Of a stretch of 64,000 nucleotides of DNA, positions 1-10,518 are shown one piece after another. Position 1 is the first letter of the stretch, and every line of letters starts with the position of its first letter. The translations under genes and the position numbers were made by a program. Where the stretch lies: NCBI GenBank assembly GCA_965221075.1, contig OZ244865.1:132043-196042 (forward strand). Direction: 5' to 3'. The DNA comes from Limisphaerales bacterium. GTDB lineage: Bacteria; Verrucomicrobiota; Verrucomicrobiia; Limisphaerales; AAA164-E04. The notes beneath the pieces are model-generated. The model saw nothing but the letters and a program-made list of their open reading frames with translations. It was not told the DNA's origin and searched no databases.

Positions 1-67
1 CGGGATTGGGCTTGCGATCCGCGGGCAAAGGGGCGAGGATGAGCCCCGGCACCCGGCCGCATCGTAC

Positions 68-580
68 ATGGACGGACCCAAGCGGCTCATCTTCATCTGC
101 ACCGGCAACTTCTACCGGAGCCGGCTGGCGGAGCTGCTGTTCAACCACTACAACCTGGAGGCCGGGCTCCCGTGGAGCGCCGAGTCCCGGGGCGTCCTGG
201 AGAACGTCTCGCGGCAGGGGATCTCGCCCCATGCCGTGGAGTTCCTGCGCAGCCGGGAGCTGGAGGAGCTGGCCGGGCTGCCCCGGGATCCGGAGCCGCT
301 CAAGGTGGGCGACTTCGAGGAGGCGGGCCTGCTGGTGGCCATGAGCCGCGCCGAGCACGAGCCCCTCCTGAGGGATCGGTTCGGGCAGATCCCCCGCATT
401 CTGGCAGGCCGCGGCCGCCTTCGCTACTGGAACGTGTGCGACGTTCCCGAGGAGAGCCTGGGCCTGTCGCGGTTCTTCGGCAGGGAGGCGGCGCCCTCCC
501 AGCCTCCCGAGAGCGGGACCGAGCACATCGACTTCGCCATCCGCAGCCTTCTGCAGGAGCTCGGGAAGGACGCGGCCTGA
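68..580 (+). CDS. Low-molecular-weight protein-tyrosine phosphatase (arsenate-reductase fold)
   Basis: 170-aa ORF. The N-terminal P-loop CTGNFYRS matches the C-X5-R-S signature of the LMW-PTP family. Confidence 0.75.
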   Translation: MDGPKRLIFICTGNFYRSRLAELLFNHYNLEAGLPWSAESRGVLENVSRQGISPHAVEFLRSRELEELAGLPRDPEPLKVGDFEEAGLLVAMSRAEHEPLLRDRFGQIPRILAGRGRLRYWNVCDVPEESLGLSRFFGREAAPSQPPESGTEHIDFAIRSLLQELGKDAA

Positions 581-592
581 GACCGGACCAAG

Positions 593-1654
593 ATGCAAGA
601 CACCGACGATCTGCGGATCCGGTCGCTGCACCCGCTGCTGCCGCCCGAGATCCTGGCCGAGGAGATCCCGATCGCCGACAGGGCCTCCCAGGTGGTGTCC
701 GAGGCCCGGCGCCAGGCGGAAGCCATCCTCGAGGGGGAGGACGACCGGCTGCTGGTGGTGGCCGGCCCCTGCTCGATCCACGATCCGCAGGCGGCCCAGG
801 AGTACGGCGGCAAGCTCCTCGGGGCGGCGCAGGACCACCGGGACGACCTCCTGGTGGCGATGCGGGTGTACTTCGAGAAGCCCCGCACCACGGTGGGCTG
901 GAAGGGGCTGATCAACGACCCCGCCCTGGACGGCAGCTTCCAGATCAACCGGGGGCTGCGCATGGCCCGCAAGCTGCTGCTGGACCTGGCCGAGTCGGGT
1001 CTGCCGGCCGGCAGCGAGTTCCTCGACACCATCATCCCCCAGTTCACCGCCGACCTGGTCTCCTGGGGAGCCATCGGGGCCCGCACCACCGAGAGCCAGG
1101 TGCACCGCGAGCTCGCCTCCGGGCTCTCCATGCCGGTGGGCTTCAAGAACGGCACCAACGGCAGCATCCAGATCGCCATCGACGCGGTGCGGGCCTCCCG
1201 GCAGAAGCACCGCTTCCTCTCGGTCACCAAGCAGGGCTTGGCGGCCATCGTGGAGACCACCGGCAACGACCGCTGCCACCTGATCCTCCGGGGCTCGTCC
1301 CAGGGGCCGAACTACGACGCCGAATCGATCGGCGGCGCATGCCGGCTCCTGGACCAGGCCGGACTCCATCCCCGGCTGATGGTCGACTGCAGCCACGGCA
1401 ACAGCGCCAAGGACCACCGGAGGCAGCCCGGGGTGGCCGCGGAGATCGCGCGGCAGGTGGGCGGCGGCTCGCACGACGTCTTCGGAGTGATGATCGAGAG
1501 CCACCTGGTCGAAGGCAGCCAGCGGCACAGCCCGGACCAGCCCATGGTCCACGGGCAGAGCATCACCGACTCCTGCGTCTCCTGGGAGACCACCCTGGGC
1601 ATCCTCGAGGAGCTGTCCCGGGCGGTCCGGACGCGCCGCCGGGCAGGAGGCTGA
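593..1654 (+). CDS. aroG: 3-deoxy-7-phosphoheptulonate (DAHP) synthase, class I
   Basis: 353-aa ORF with class-I DAHP synthase blocks: LVVAGPCSIHD, KPRTTVGWKGLINDP, GARTTESQVHRELASG and MIESHLVEG. The isoenzyme (F/G/H) cannot be resolved. Confidence 0.9.
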   Translation: MQDTDDLRIRSLHPLLPPEILAEEIPIADRASQVVSEARRQAEAILEGEDDRLLVVAGPCSIHDPQAAQEYGGKLLGAAQDHRDDLLVAMRVYFEKPRTTVGWKGLINDPALDGSFQINRGLRMARKLLLDLAESGLPAGSEFLDTIIPQFTADLVSWGAIGARTTESQVHRELASGLSMPVGFKNGTNGSIQIAIDAVRASRQKHRFLSVTKQGLAAIVETTGNDRCHLILRGSSQGPNYDAESIGGACRLLDQAGLHPRLMVDCSHGNSAKDHRRQPGVAAEIARQVGGGSHDVFGVMIESHLVEGSQRHSPDQPMVHGQSITDSCVSWETTLGILEELSRAVRTRRRAGG

Positions 1655-1743
1655 ACGGCAGGCGGGCAGGGCAGGGCAGGGGGCCCGATTGATCCTTGCC
1701 GGCACGGGGGGGATGTGGAAGCTTCCCCCCTCCGTCCGACCAG

Positions 1744-3342
1744 ATGGCGAGCAGGACCAGGAACATCGAGATCTACGACACCACCCTCCGCGACGGAACG
1801 CAGGGGGAGGGGATCAGCCTGTCGGTGGCCGACAAGATCCGGGTGGCCGAGCGCCTCGACCAGTTCGGCGTCCACTTCGTCGAGGGAGGCTGGCCCGGAT
1901 CCAATCCCCGCGACATCGAGTTCTTCGAGAGGGCGGCCCGGATCTCCTGGAAGCAGGCCCGCATCGCCGCCTTCGGCGCCACGCGGCGCAAGGACGCGAA
2001 GGTCGAGTCCGACAAGCAGGTCCGCCTGCTGCTCGAGGCCGGCACGCCGGTGGTCACCCTGTTCGGAAAGACCTGGCTGCTCCACGTGGAGGAGGTGCTC
2101 AAGGCCACTCCCGAGGAGAACCTGGCGATGATCGCCCAGACCGTCGCCTGGCTCAAGCAGCACGGCCGCTACGTCATCTACGACGCCGAGCACGCCTTCG
2201 ACGGGTACAAGGACCGCGCCGAGTACGCCATGGCGACCTGGAAGGCGGCCGCCGGAGCCGGCGCCGACATGGTGGTCCTGTGCGACACCAACGGGGGATC
2301 GCTGCCACGGGAGGTGGGGGAGATCGCCGGCAGGGCGGTGGCCTCCCTCGGCTGCAGGGTGGGCATCCACACCCACGACGACATCGGCCTGGGGGTGGCC
2401 AACGCCCTGGCGGCGGTCGAGGCCGGCGCCTCGCAGGTCCAGGGGACCATCAACGGGTACGGGGAGCGCACCGGCAACTGCAGCCTCACCTCGGTGATCC
2501 CCAACATCGCCCTGAAGATGAAGGGCCTGTCCTGCATCCCGCCCCGCTCCCTCAGGGGGCTTGCCGGCCTCTCCGACTTCGTCGACGAGGTGGCCAACCT
2601 GGCCCACGACCGGCGGCGCCCCTGGGTGGGCAGCTCGGCCTTCGCCCACAAGGGGGGCATGCACGTCAACGCCATCCGCAAGGTCCCCCGCAGCTTCGAG
2701 CACAGCCGGCCCGAGCAGGTGGGCAACCGCAGGCGCGTCCTGATGAGCGACCTGGCCGGGCGGAGCAACATCGAGATGAAGGCCAGGGAGCTGGGCTTCG
2801 ACCTGGACGACCACCCCAGCGAGTGCCGGAGCATACTGCGCAAGGTCAAGCAGCTGGAGCACGAGGGCTACGAGTTCGAGTCGGCCGACGCCTCGCTGGC
2901 CCTGCTGATCCGCAAGGAGCTCGATCACGCGCCCCCTCCGTTCCTGGTGGAGGGCTACCACGTGTCGATGCGCAGGGACCGGGACCACTCGGTCTGCCAG
3001 GCCACGGTCAAGGCCAGGGTGGGGGAGGAGACCGCCCACACCGTGGCCGAGGGGGACGGGCCGGTCAACGCCCTCGACGGGGCCATGCGGCTGGCGCTGC
3101 GCCAGTTCTTCCCCCGCCAGCTCCGCCCGGTGCGCCTGATCGACTACAAGGTGCGGATCCTGGACTCGCTGACCGGAACCGCGGCCCACACCCGGGTCTT
3201 CATCGAGTCCTCGGACGGCAGGAGCTCCTGGACGACGGTGGGCGCCGACGCCAGCATCGTCGAGGCCAGCCTCAAGGCCCTGACCGACAGCTTCGAGTAC
3301 CGCCTGCTCAAGCTGCACAGCCTGAAGCGGAGGCGCCCGTGA
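1744..3342 (+). CDS. cimA: Citramalate synthase / 2-isopropylmalate synthase family
   Basis: Translation from the ATG at 1744 begins MASRTRNIEIYDTTLRDGTQGEGISLSVADKIRVAERLDQFGVHFVEGGWPGSNPRD, a typical CimA-type N-terminus. Length is about 532 aa, with a C-terminal LeuA-dimerisation-like region. The stop overlaps the valS GTG (GTGA). Confidence 0.8.
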   Translation: MASRTRNIEIYDTTLRDGTQGEGISLSVADKIRVAERLDQFGVHFVEGGWPGSNPRDIEFFERAARISWKQARIAAFGATRRKDAKVESDKQVRLLLEAGTPVVTLFGKTWLLHVEEVLKATPEENLAMIAQTVAWLKQHGRYVIYDAEHAFDGYKDRAEYAMATWKAAAGAGADMVVLCDTNGGSLPREVGEIAGRAVASLGCRVGIHTHDDIGLGVANALAAVEAGASQVQGTINGYGERTGNCSLTSVIPNIALKMKGLSCIPPRSLRGLAGLSDFVDEVANLAHDRRRPWVGSSAFAHKGGMHVNAIRKVPRSFEHSRPEQVGNRRRVLMSDLAGRSNIEMKARELGFDLDDHPSECRSILRKVKQLEHEGYEFESADASLALLIRKELDHAPPPFLVEGYHVSMRRDRDHSVCQATVKARVGEETAHTVAEGDGPVNALDGAMRLALRQFFPRQLRPVRLIDYKVRILDSLTGTAAHTRVFIESSDGRSSWTTVGADASIVEASLKALTDSFEYRLLKLHSLKRRRP

Positions 3343-5996
3343 GCGGGATCGCCAAGGCCTACGATCCCTCCGCCTTCGAGGAGAAGTGGTACGCCCGCTG
3401 GCTCGAGCAGGGCTGCTTCCGGGCCGACCCCCGCTCGTCCAAGCCCCCCTTCTCGATCGTCATCCCGCCGCCCAACGTGACCGGCGTGCTCCACATGGGG
3501 CACGTGCTCAACAACACCATCCAGGACATCCTGGCGCGCAAGGCCCGGATGGAGGGCCGCGAGGTCCTCTGGCTTCCCGGTACCGACCACGCCGGCATCG
3601 CCACCCAGGTGGTGGTGGAGCGGCGGCTGAAGAAGGAGGAGGGGAAGGGGAGGCGGGACCTGGGCCGGGAGCGGTTCGTCGAGAGGATCTGGGAATGGAA
3701 GGAGCGCCACGGCGGGATCATCTCCCGCCAGCTGCGCCGGCTGGGATGCTCCTGCGACTGGTCGCGGGAGCGCTTCACCATGGACCCGGAGTACTCGCGC
3801 CAGGTCGCCCTGGCCTTCGTGGATCTCTACCGGAAGGGGAGCATCTACCGGGGCCGGCGCATGATCAACTGGTGCCCCGCCTCCCAGACCGCCCTCTCCG
3901 ACGAGGAGGTGGTCATGAAGGAGCAGAAGGGCCTCCTCTACCACTTCCGGGCCGAGGTGGCCGAGAGCCCGGGGACCTTCCTGACCATCGCCACCACCCG
4001 TCCCGAGACCATTCCCGGCGACACCGGCGTGGCGGTCTCGCCCGGCGATCCCCGCTACCGGAGCCTGGTCGGCAGGCATGTCCGCAGGCCGCTGCCACGG
4101 GAGGCCCCCGAGGAGGAGAAGCTGATCCCGATCGTCGAGGATCCGCTGGTGGAGAGCGGCTTCGGGACCGGAATCCTCAAGGTGACCCCGGCCCACGACA
4201 AGGTCGACTACGAGATCGGCCAGAGGCACTCCCTGGCGGCGATCGAGGTGATCGACGCCCGCGGGACGATGAACGCCAGGGCCGGAAGGGATCTGGAGGG
4301 CATGGACCGCTTCCAGGCCCGCAAGGAGGCGGCCCGGATCCTGGCCGGCATGGGCCTGATGGAGCGGGAGGAGCCCTACGTCAACAACGTGGGCTTCAGC
4401 GAGCGGGCCGGCGTGCCGGTCGAGCCCCGCCTCTCCGAGCAGTGGTTCATGAAGTACCCCTCGGCCAGGGAGGCCCGGGAGCTGGTGGCCTCGGGGCGCC
4501 TCCCGTTCTTCCCCGCGCGGTGGGCCAAGGTCTTCGACCACTGGATGGGGAACCTGCAGGACTGGTGCATCAGCCGGCAGCTCTGGTGGGGCCACCGCAT
4601 CCCGGTATGGTACCGGGACGGGGAGGTCCGCTGCCAGATCGACAGCCCCGGCGAGGGCTGGGTCCAGGATCCGGACGTGCTCGACACCTGGTGCTCCTCC
4701 TGGCTGTGGCCGTTCGCCACCATGGACGAGGCCGACCTGGCCAGGTTCTATCCCACCTCGGTGCTGGTGACCGCCCCGGAGATCCTCTTCTTCTGGGTGG
4801 CCCGGATGATCATGGCCGGCCTGGAGTACCGCAAGGAGCCGCCCTTCAGGGCGGTGTGCCTGCACGGCATCGTGAGGGACCGGCAGGGGCGGAAGATGTC
4901 CAAGAGCCTGGGCAACTCTCCCGATCCCCTCGACCTGATCGGACGGCACGGCGCCGACGCCCTCCGCTTCGGGATCATGCGCTCCACCCCCCGGGGGCAG
5001 GACAGCCTCTTCGACGAGCAGAACGTGGTCCTGGGCCGCCACTTCTGCAACAAGCTGTGGAACGCCTGCCGCTACCGGATGGGCAAGGGCGGGCCCACCG
5101 GAGGACGGCCCGATCCCGGCCTGCTCTCCCCCGACGACCGCTGGATCCTCGACCGCCTGCGGACCGCCGCCGCCGCGGTCCGCTCGGCCATGGACGAGTA
5201 CCGGCTCGGCGAGGCCGCCGCCAGCCTCTACCGCCTGTTCTGGAGCGAATGCTGCGACTGGTACATCGAGGCCAGCAAGGCGGCGCTGCAGGAGCCGGAC
5301 TCGCCGCGCCGGAGGAACGCTCTGGCGATGCTGGACCTGGCGCTCTCCGGCATCCTCCGCCTGCTCCATCCCTTCCTGCCCTTCATCACCGAGGAGCTCT
5401 GGCAGGCCATGGGCTTCGCCGAGCGGGAGGGGGAGGGCGGCGGATCGATCCAGTTCGCTCCCTGGCCCGAGGCCTCCTCGTGGGACCGCCTGGGCGGCGG
5501 GGACGCGCACCGGGAGAGCGTGGAGCGCACCGAGGCGAGGAACGCCCTGGTGCGGGAGGCGAGGAACCTGAGGGCCTCGGCCGGGATCTCCTCGGGAAGG
5601 AAGGTCCGCTTCGTGCTCCGGGAGGGGGAGCCCCTGGACCAGGACGAGCGGAAGGTCCTGGGGATGCTGCTCCAGGCCGGGCCCCTGTCGGTCGAGAGGG
5701 AGTACGACCCCGCTCCCGGCACTCCCAGCGCCGACTCCCGCTTCGGGATCCTCTACCTCCCCCTGGAGGGGCTGATCGACTTCGGGGCGCAGGAAGCGCG
5801 GCTCGAGAAGGAGTGCGCGAGGATCCAGGCCGAGATCGGCAGGGCGAGGGCCCGGCTGGAGAACCCCAGCTTCGCCGGCAACGCTCCGGCGCGGGTCGTC
5901 GAGGAGCACCGCAGGCGGCTTGAGGACTGGGAGAGGAAGCTGGCCCACGCCCGGGGCAGCCTCGAGGCCACCCGCGCCGCCCGCTCCTCTGGCTGA
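3339..5996 (+). CDS. valS: Valine--tRNA ligase
   Basis: GTG start at 3339, in frame within ORF 1689..5996. HIGH region PPPNVTGVLHMGH, KMSKS motif GRKMSKSLGN, and a C-terminal coiled coil. About 885 aa. Confidence 0.93.
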   Translation: MSGIAKAYDPSAFEEKWYARWLEQGCFRADPRSSKPPFSIVIPPPNVTGVLHMGHVLNNTIQDILARKARMEGREVLWLPGTDHAGIATQVVVERRLKKEEGKGRRDLGRERFVERIWEWKERHGGIISRQLRRLGCSCDWSRERFTMDPEYSRQVALAFVDLYRKGSIYRGRRMINWCPASQTALSDEEVVMKEQKGLLYHFRAEVAESPGTFLTIATTRPETIPGDTGVAVSPGDPRYRSLVGRHVRRPLPREAPEEEKLIPIVEDPLVESGFGTGILKVTPAHDKVDYEIGQRHSLAAIEVIDARGTMNARAGRDLEGMDRFQARKEAARILAGMGLMEREEPYVNNVGFSERAGVPVEPRLSEQWFMKYPSAREARELVASGRLPFFPARWAKVFDHWMGNLQDWCISRQLWWGHRIPVWYRDGEVRCQIDSPGEGWVQDPDVLDTWCSSWLWPFATMDEADLARFYPTSVLVTAPEILFFWVARMIMAGLEYRKEPPFRAVCLHGIVRDRQGRKMSKSLGNSPDPLDLIGRHGADALRFGIMRSTPRGQDSLFDEQNVVLGRHFCNKLWNACRYRMGKGGPTGGRPDPGLLSPDDRWILDRLRTAAAAVRSAMDEYRLGEAAASLYRLFWSECCDWYIEASKAALQEPDSPRRRNALAMLDLALSGILRLLHPFLPFITEELWQAMGFAEREGEGGGSIQFAPWPEASSWDRLGGGDAHRESVERTEARNALVREARNLRASAGISSGRKVRFVLREGEPLDQDERKVLGMLLQAGPLSVEREYDPAPGTPSADSRFGILYLPLEGLIDFGAQEARLEKECARIQAEIGRARARLENPSFAGNAPARVVEEHRRRLEDWERKLAHARGSLEATRAARSSG

Positions 5997-6014
5997 AGGC
6001 CCTCTCCGGGGGGA

Positions 6015-6090
6015 TGGTGCCTCCGCCGGGACTCGAACCCGGATCAACGGTTTAGGAGACCGTTGCTCTATCCATTTGAGCTACGGAAGC
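6015..6090 (-). tRNA. tRNA-Arg (anticodon CCU)
   Basis: 76-nt cloverleaf read on the minus strand. The 7-bp acceptor stem is GCUUCCG/CGGAGGC with one G-U pair. The T-arm is CCGGGTTCGAGTCCCGG. The anticodon loop CU-CCU-AA sits on the stem ACGGT/ACCGT. CCA is encoded. Confidence 0.85.
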
Positions 6091-6179
6091 CCGAGAGGCC
6101 CGAGAAGGGCAGGGGAGGGGGAGAGAGGAGGCCCCTCGCGGAGCGCCTGCGCCGCAAGGGGCCTCCGGAGGGCGGCCGG

Positions 6180-7559
6180 TCAGGAGAGGTCGGCGACCCC
6201 GTAGTCGAGCGCCCTCAGCTTCCTGCCGTCCCCGGTGCTCACCGTCCGGGTCTTCTCGTCGAAGAGGCACATCACGTTGAGGCGGTCGGACATCTCGGCC
6301 AGGGAGATCACCGTCTGCACCTTGACCGCCAGGTCGATCCCGGCGTTGGGCTCCTTGCCCGAGCGGATGCAGTCGAACCAGTTGGCCTCGTGGTGGTTGA
6401 TGCCCTCCTTGGGCAGCAGCCCGTCGAAGGTCTCGGCGTCGAACTCGTCGGAGAAGGGCCTCTCGGGATTGACGTTGATCCGGGTGCTGGAGAGGCTGCC
6501 CATCTCGATGGTGCCGTGGTGCCCCCGGATCTTCTCGGTGAGGCCCGCCTCGTTGACCGTGGAGCTGGCCAGCACCAGGCTGAAGCCGCTGGGGAACTCG
6601 GCGATCACCTGCACGCTCTCGTCGACGTCCCGCTCGTAGGTCCCCTGGGTGTTGCGGTCGGTCTTCCAGGCCTTGGTGCCCAGGCTGACCACCCGGCTGG
6701 GGAACTCGGGGGATCCGGTCGCCAGCATGAAGGGATGGACCAGGTGGGGCAGCAGGTCCCCGGGCAGCCCGGCGCAGTAGGGGTAGTACTTGCGCCAGCG
6801 GAAGTAGTGGTCGGCGTTGAAGGGGATCTTCTTGCTCACGCTGCCCATCCAGCGGTCCCAGTCGATGTCGGCCACCGTGGCCCAGGGATGGATCTTGTAG
6901 TTCCACTCGCCCTTGGGGTTGTTGCGCATGTAGGAGGTCTGCCCCATCACCAGGGGCCCGATGGCCCCGGACTGGATCAGCTCGGCCGCCTTGTGGTACT
7001 TGCCGGCGCTGCAGCCCTGGGAGCCGACCTGGAGGACCCGGCCGGTCTTCCTGACGCAGTCGTGGATCTCGAAGGCCTCGCTCAGGTAGCGGGTCATCGG
7101 CTTCTCCACGTAGACGTGGCAGCCGGCCTCCATGGAGTCGACGGCGCAGATGGTGTGCCAGTGGTCCACGGTGGAGATGCAGACCGCGTCCAGATCCTCC
7201 TTCTCCAGCAGCTCCCGGTGGTCGATGTAGCCGGGGACGTTCCTGCCGATGATCGAGCGGGCCTGGTCCATCCGTGTCTGCGAGACGTCGCAGACGGCCA
7301 CCTGCTCGATGTTGTTCTCGCCGGCATGGCGGTGCATGCTGCGCACGTGGGCCTGGCCCTGGCCGCCCACGCCGATGTACCCGACCCGGATCCGTTCGTT
7401 GGCCCCGGCCACGTTCCCGGCCGCGGGAGCCTGCCCCTGGCCGTAGATCGGCTCGATCAGGGGGGTGGCGGCCACGACGGCCGCGGCCGTCCCCGCCTTC
7501 TGTATGAACTTCCGGCGCGACTCGGATCCGGACCCCGGACCGGTTGAAGACTCGTTCAT
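6180..7559 (-). CDS. Gfo/Idh/MocA-family oxidoreductase with twin-arginine signal
   Basis: 459-aa ORF. N-terminal SRRKFIQKAGTAAAVVAA is Tat-like. A Rossmann motif VGYIGVGGQG follows, and the rest resembles the periplasmic Gfo/Idh/MocA dehydrogenases common in PVC bacteria. Confidence 0.8.
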   Translation of the reverse strand: MNESSTGPGSGSESRRKFIQKAGTAAAVVAATPLIEPIYGQGQAPAAGNVAGANERIRVGYIGVGGQGQAHVRSMHRHAGENNIEQVAVCDVSQTRMDQARSIIGRNVPGYIDHRELLEKEDLDAVCISTVDHWHTICAVDSMEAGCHVYVEKPMTRYLSEAFEIHDCVRKTGRVLQVGSQGCSAGKYHKAAELIQSGAIGPLVMGQTSYMRNNPKGEWNYKIHPWATVADIDWDRWMGSVSKKIPFNADHYFRWRKYYPYCAGLPGDLLPHLVHPFMLATGSPEFPSRVVSLGTKAWKTDRNTQGTYERDVDESVQVIAEFPSGFSLVLASSTVNEAGLTEKIRGHHGTIEMGSLSSTRINVNPERPFSDEFDAETFDGLLPKEGINHHEANWFDCIRSGKEPNAGIDLAVKVQTVISLAEMSDRLNVMCLFDEKTRTVSTGDGRKLRALDYGVADLS

Positions 7560-7830
7560 GGCGATGCTCTGGTGAAAGACCCGTGGATGGTGGCCGGCGC
7601 GGCACGGGTGTCAAGACAAATGCAGGCGGCCCCGTCCCCTGTGCAGCTTCCCGCCGCGGGGCGGTGGAGCCGCGCCGCGGCGGCCTTCCCCGAGAAAACG
7701 GCTAACATAGCCTGGCGGAAGACGTCATACCCACGGCGGCCGATCGCGGCGCTGCCCTCGGCAGCTCCGGTTCGGAGAGCCGATCCGGCGTGGAACGCCG
7801 CACGGCCCGCCAGGCAGGGGAAGAACGATC

Positions 7831-8331
7831 ATGGACGGTCTGGAAGACTATCCGCTCCACATCGCAGCGCAGCAGGGCAGGGCCGCGCGGTGCCGGGAGC
7901 TTCTGGGCCTCTTCGGGCCCGACGCCAGGGAACGGAGGGGGAGGACTCCCCTCTACTGCGCCGCCCACGCCTACTCCCACCAGGTCTACCGGTGCCGGCT
8001 GGTCCTCCAGCTGGGAGCCGATCCCTTCCTGGACCAGGGGAACGGAAGCTCCGCCGCCTCGGTGGCGCCGGAGATAGAGGGGCTCTACTCGCGCATGCGC
8101 CCGAGGAGCTCCGCCCCGGGGACGGGGCCGATGCCCGGCCACGTGGCGAGGAAGCTCCAGAGGGAGCTGGACCGGATCGCCGGCAGGATGGCCCGGCTGT
8201 CGGACACCTGCCGGGTGCTGCTGGATGCGGGCGCCGATCCCCTGGCCGCGGACCAGGAGGGGCTGGCTCCGGCCCACTTCGCCATCCTGGTCCGGAGGAC
8301 CGGCAGGGGCAGGCACGCCTCCCGGGACTGA
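7831..8331 (+). CDS. Ankyrin-repeat protein
   Basis: 166-aa ORF with repeat-like segments: PLHIAAQQGRAARCRELL, GRTPLYCAA and GLAPAHFAI. Confidence 0.55.
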   Translation: MDGLEDYPLHIAAQQGRAARCRELLGLFGPDARERRGRTPLYCAAHAYSHQVYRCRLVLQLGADPFLDQGNGSSAASVAPEIEGLYSRMRPRSSAPGTGPMPGHVARKLQRELDRIAGRMARLSDTCRVLLDAGADPLAADQEGLAPAHFAILVRRTGRGRHASRD

Positions 8332-9369
8332 TCAGGACCGGGCCAGATCCTCCAGCTTCCGTGCCGCCAGGCCCTCGTCGATGACCTGGGCGGCGCGGTC
8401 CCATCCTTCGGTCACCGAGGCGCACCGCCCGGCGACGAAGAGGGCGGCTCCGGCGTTGAGCAGAACGGCGCTGCGCCGTCCCGCCCTCTCCCGCCCCTCC
8501 AGGATATCCCGGACCATGCGGGCGTTCTCCCTGGCGTCCCCTCCCTCCAGGTCCTCCTTGCGGAGGGGAGGGAGGGAAAGGTGGGCCGGGTCCAGCTCTC
8601 CCTCGCTGAAGCCCCGGTCCTGGTAGAATTCGGCGAGCGAAGTGGGACCCAGGACCGAGAGCTCGTCCATGTGCCCGTCGCCGCAGCGCCCGCAGACCAC
8701 CATCCCCCTGCGCAGGCCCAGGGACTGCAGGGTGCGCGCCAGCGGCGCGCAAAGGGAGGGATCGGGCACCCCGACCAGCTGAGCGGTGGGGCGCGCCGGA
8801 TTGAGCAGGGGTCCCAGGAAGTTGAAGATGGTCCTCTGCCCCCGGGAGGCGCAGAGCTTGCGCGCCGGGGCGATGTGCCGGAAGGCGGGGTGGTACCGCG
8901 GGGCGAAGAAGAACGCGAAGCCGTGCTCCTCCAGACCGGCGGCGCAGCGGGCCGGATCCTCCTCGATCGGGACGCCCAGGGCCTCCAGCACGTCGGCGCT
9001 TCCCGACCGGGAGGTGATGGCGCGGTTGCCGTGCTTGGCCACGGGCACTCCCGCGGCAGCGGCGACGATGGCCACCGTGGTCGATATGTTGAAGGTGTTC
9101 TGCCCGTCCCCGCCGGTGCCGCAGACGTCGAGCAGATCGCGCCGGCGCAGCTCCTCCGGGAGGGGGACGGGGACCGACTTCTCCCGCAGGACCCTGGCGA
9201 AGCCGGCGATCTCCGCGACGGTCTCCCCCTTGCGGGCCAGGGCGGCCAGGAAGCCGGCCTTCTCCTCGGGGGACGCCCCGGGGGACGCCAGCGCCTCGAC
9301 CGCCGGCGGGATCCGATCGGGATCCAGATCGCGGCCCTGCTGGAGATCTCCGGTCAGCTGGGCGAGCAT
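8332..9369 (-). CDS. trpD: Anthranilate phosphoribosyltransferase
   Basis: 345 aa with TrpD motifs: LLDVCGTGGDGQNTFNISTT, AKHGNRAITSRSGSADVLEALG and IFNFLGPLLNPA. Confidence 0.9.
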   Translation of the reverse strand: MLAQLTGDLQQGRDLDPDRIPPAVEALASPGASPEEKAGFLAALARKGETVAEIAGFARVLREKSVPVPLPEELRRRDLLDVCGTGGDGQNTFNISTTVAIVAAAAGVPVAKHGNRAITSRSGSADVLEALGVPIEEDPARCAAGLEEHGFAFFFAPRYHPAFRHIAPARKLCASRGQRTIFNFLGPLLNPARPTAQLVGVPDPSLCAPLARTLQSLGLRRGMVVCGRCGDGHMDELSVLGPTSLAEFYQDRGFSEGELDPAHLSLPPLRKEDLEGGDARENARMVRDILEGRERAGRRSAVLLNAGAALFVAGRCASVTEGWDRAAQVIDEGLAARKLEDLARS

Positions 9370-9414
9370 GGGGGCGGCAGCCTAGCCAGCGGCCCAGGAG
9401 AGTTCAAACCGTCA

Positions 9415-10428
9415 ATGAACCGACAGGAGACCCAGGTGATGGACGCGGGCCGTCCCGGCGCCCTGGAGAGGGCCGCCGCCCTCCTGCGCCAGGGAGAGCT
9501 GGTGGCGCTGCCCACCGAGACGGTCTACGGCCTGGCCGGCTGCGCCCTGTCCCCCCCGGCGCTCAGGAGGATCTACGCGGTCAAGGGGCGTCCCCCGAGC
9601 AACCCCCTCATCGTGCATGTCGCCAGCAAGGCCGGCCTGAGGACCTGCGCCGCAGGCTGGAGCGGCGCCCTGGAGCGGCTGGCCGAGGCCTTCTGGCCGG
9701 GCCCGCTCACCCTGGTGGCCAGGCGCTCCTCCCGGGTTCCCGACGAAGCGACCGGGGGAGGGGGCACGGTGGCGCTCCGCTGGCCCAGCCATCCGGCGAT
9801 GCAGGCGGCGATCCGGGCGTGCGGCTTCCCCCTGGCGGCTCCCAGCGCCAACCTCTCCAACCGGCTCTCGCCCACCACGGCCCGGCACGTTCTCGAGCAG
9901 CTGGGCGGATCGATCCCCCTGATCCTGGATGGCGGGGAATGCCAGGTGGGCATCGAGTCCACCGTGGTGGACATGGTGTCCGACCCCCCGGCGATCCTGC
10001 GTCCCGGCATGCTGCACCTGGAGCGGCTCCGGACCGTCGTTCCGGAGATCCGGGGACCCTCCGGCGAGGACGCGATCCTTCCGAGAAGCCCGGGAGCCGG
10101 CGCGGTCCACTACTCCCCCAGGGCCGAGCTGCGGGTCTGCCGCTGGAGCTCCCGGAGCGGGCTGGAGGCGCTGGCCTGCGGGACGGGCCTCTCCCGGGAG
10201 AGGATCGCGGTGGTGGCCTGCAGCGCCCCTCCCGGATCCGGATGGGCCCATGCCGCCGTCCTGCCCGCCGACGATCCGGAGGCCTTCGCGCAGAGGCTCT
10301 ACGCGGAGCTGCACCGGTGCGACCAGGCCCGCAGCCTGCTGATCCTGATGGAAGCCCCTCCCCAAGGAAGCCGGTGGGAGGGCATCCGGGACCGCATCGC
10401 CCGGGCCGCCCCCGGAAGCCGCGGTTGA
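9415..10428 (+). CDS. tsaC: L-threonylcarbamoyladenylate synthase (Sua5/YwlC/TsaC type, with Sua5 C-terminal domain)
   Basis: Motifs LVALPTETVYGLAG, AVKGRPPSNPLIVHV and PLAAPSANLSNRLSPT. An alternative ATG lies at 9439. Confidence 0.85.
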   Translation: MNRQETQVMDAGRPGALERAAALLRQGELVALPTETVYGLAGCALSPPALRRIYAVKGRPPSNPLIVHVASKAGLRTCAAGWSGALERLAEAFWPGPLTLVARRSSRVPDEATGGGGTVALRWPSHPAMQAAIRACGFPLAAPSANLSNRLSPTTARHVLEQLGGSIPLILDGGECQVGIESTVVDMVSDPPAILRPGMLHLERLRTVVPEIRGPSGEDAILPRSPGAGAVHYSPRAELRVCRWSSRSGLEALACGTGLSRERIAVVACSAPPGSGWAHAAVLPADDPEAFAQRLYAELHRCDQARSLLILMEAPPQGSRWEGIRDRIARAAPGSRG

Positions 10429-10518
10429 ATCCCGGACGGCTCTGTGGCAGGTTTGTATCCGGACGGTCGGACTGCAGGACGCGCTAGGTCTTCCCGGGCA
10501 GGAAAGCCGGTTCCCCCG

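Noticed and set aside
3144-6047. 967-aa ORF antisense to valS, together with similar giant ORFs: 1312..3318(-), 172..1692(+), 3386..5923(+), 6052..7614(-), 9412..12372(-), 25045..26889(-), 27506..30394(-), 57362..59800(-)
   Set aside because: Their translations are Arg/Pro/Gly/Ala-rich low-complexity strings with no motifs, and they overlap genes that have strong family signatures. Long stop-free alternative frames are expected at this G+C content.
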